Shown here: positions 63,408 through 64,000 of the stretch, piece by piece
Numbering within the stretch: the stretch's first letter is position 1
Layout of the letters: each line of letters opens with the position of its first letter
Assembly (NCBI RefSeq): GCF_001949145.1
Contig: NW_019091362.1
Span: 1,495,838-1,559,837, forward strand
DNA: 64,000 bases
Direction of reading: 5' to 3'
From: Acanthaster planci
Lineage: Eukaryota
The notes under the pieces: generated by a model
Seen by the model: the letters and a program-made list of their open reading frames with translations, nothing else
Databases searched by the model: none
What the model was told of the DNA's origin: nothing
Made by a program: the position numbers and the translations under genes

Positions 63408-64000
63408 CTGTGTTTGGTTTGCGGAAAGGAAAAACCACAGTTGATAGATTATTAGACTGGGGGCCGAAGGAAGGGGTGAGTGGTGAAGTACATTTACCCT
63501 GTATGTTATGGTAATCTAATAAATCACACGGGGAAACCGAAGGGGTTGGACAAAGACTATCTTTGAATAACTGAACCTCTCTGCCATGTCCATCATTAAT
63601 TCTGGTCTAACCCTTGCATAAATGGAACGTATGTGTTAAAATGGCTGGTGCGTGGCAACCCTGCATAAAAGCTGAGTTCGGGCGGCTTGTTCCCGTATGT
63701 TCACGAACAGCTCAATTTGTTGTTCGTGGGTTGGCTGCTTGAACGCTAGGAACAAATAACCGGTTATCGCTGGTAGTTAGTGACAAGCAACATGCAACAT
63801 GGCGCCGTCCATGTAGGCTACGTTAACCCTCTTAGAATTAATGTTTGGATGGGCTGAATTCTTTTCTATATGAACAGGAACATTCATTTCTGTGTTACAG
63901 AAAATTATTAATGTTGATTTTGTAAAACGTCCCATTGTCTATGGCTTTGGAAGCCATCTCTCTACTTTTTGCAGCCGTTCAAAAATCAAAATCTCACGAG

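Overview
Animal (invertebrate-like) genomic DNA with AT-rich, TACATGTA-rich introns and GC3-rich exons; the species cannot be determined from the window. From left to right: (1) a decayed BEL/Pao LTR-retrotransposon pol fragment (1-~2010) and a 338-N gap; (2) a complete 10-exon TGF-beta/activin type I receptor Ser/Thr kinase gene of the ALK4/5/7 (Babo) type on + (CDS 3101-41652). It has a signal peptide, 10-Cys ectodomain, TM, GS box and kinase. Unexpectedly, an intact 162-nt phase-1/phase-1 exon encoding a BPTI/Kunitz domain lies between the ligand-binding domain and the TM, giving 581 aa with it and 527 aa without. The Smad-selecting L45 loop is also divergent; (3) a possible hAT transposase relic near 50 kb; (4) a single-coding-exon LRR-only gene on - (56621-57274); (5) the last four coding exons of JMJD4 on - (59717-63407). 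The introns carry many non-autonomous DNA transposons (TA-, TTAA-, TAA- and 5-bp-TSD types), some nested. The Kunitz-bearing type I receptor is the most notable feature. All gene models were assembled by hand from splice signals and reading phase, without transcript data.
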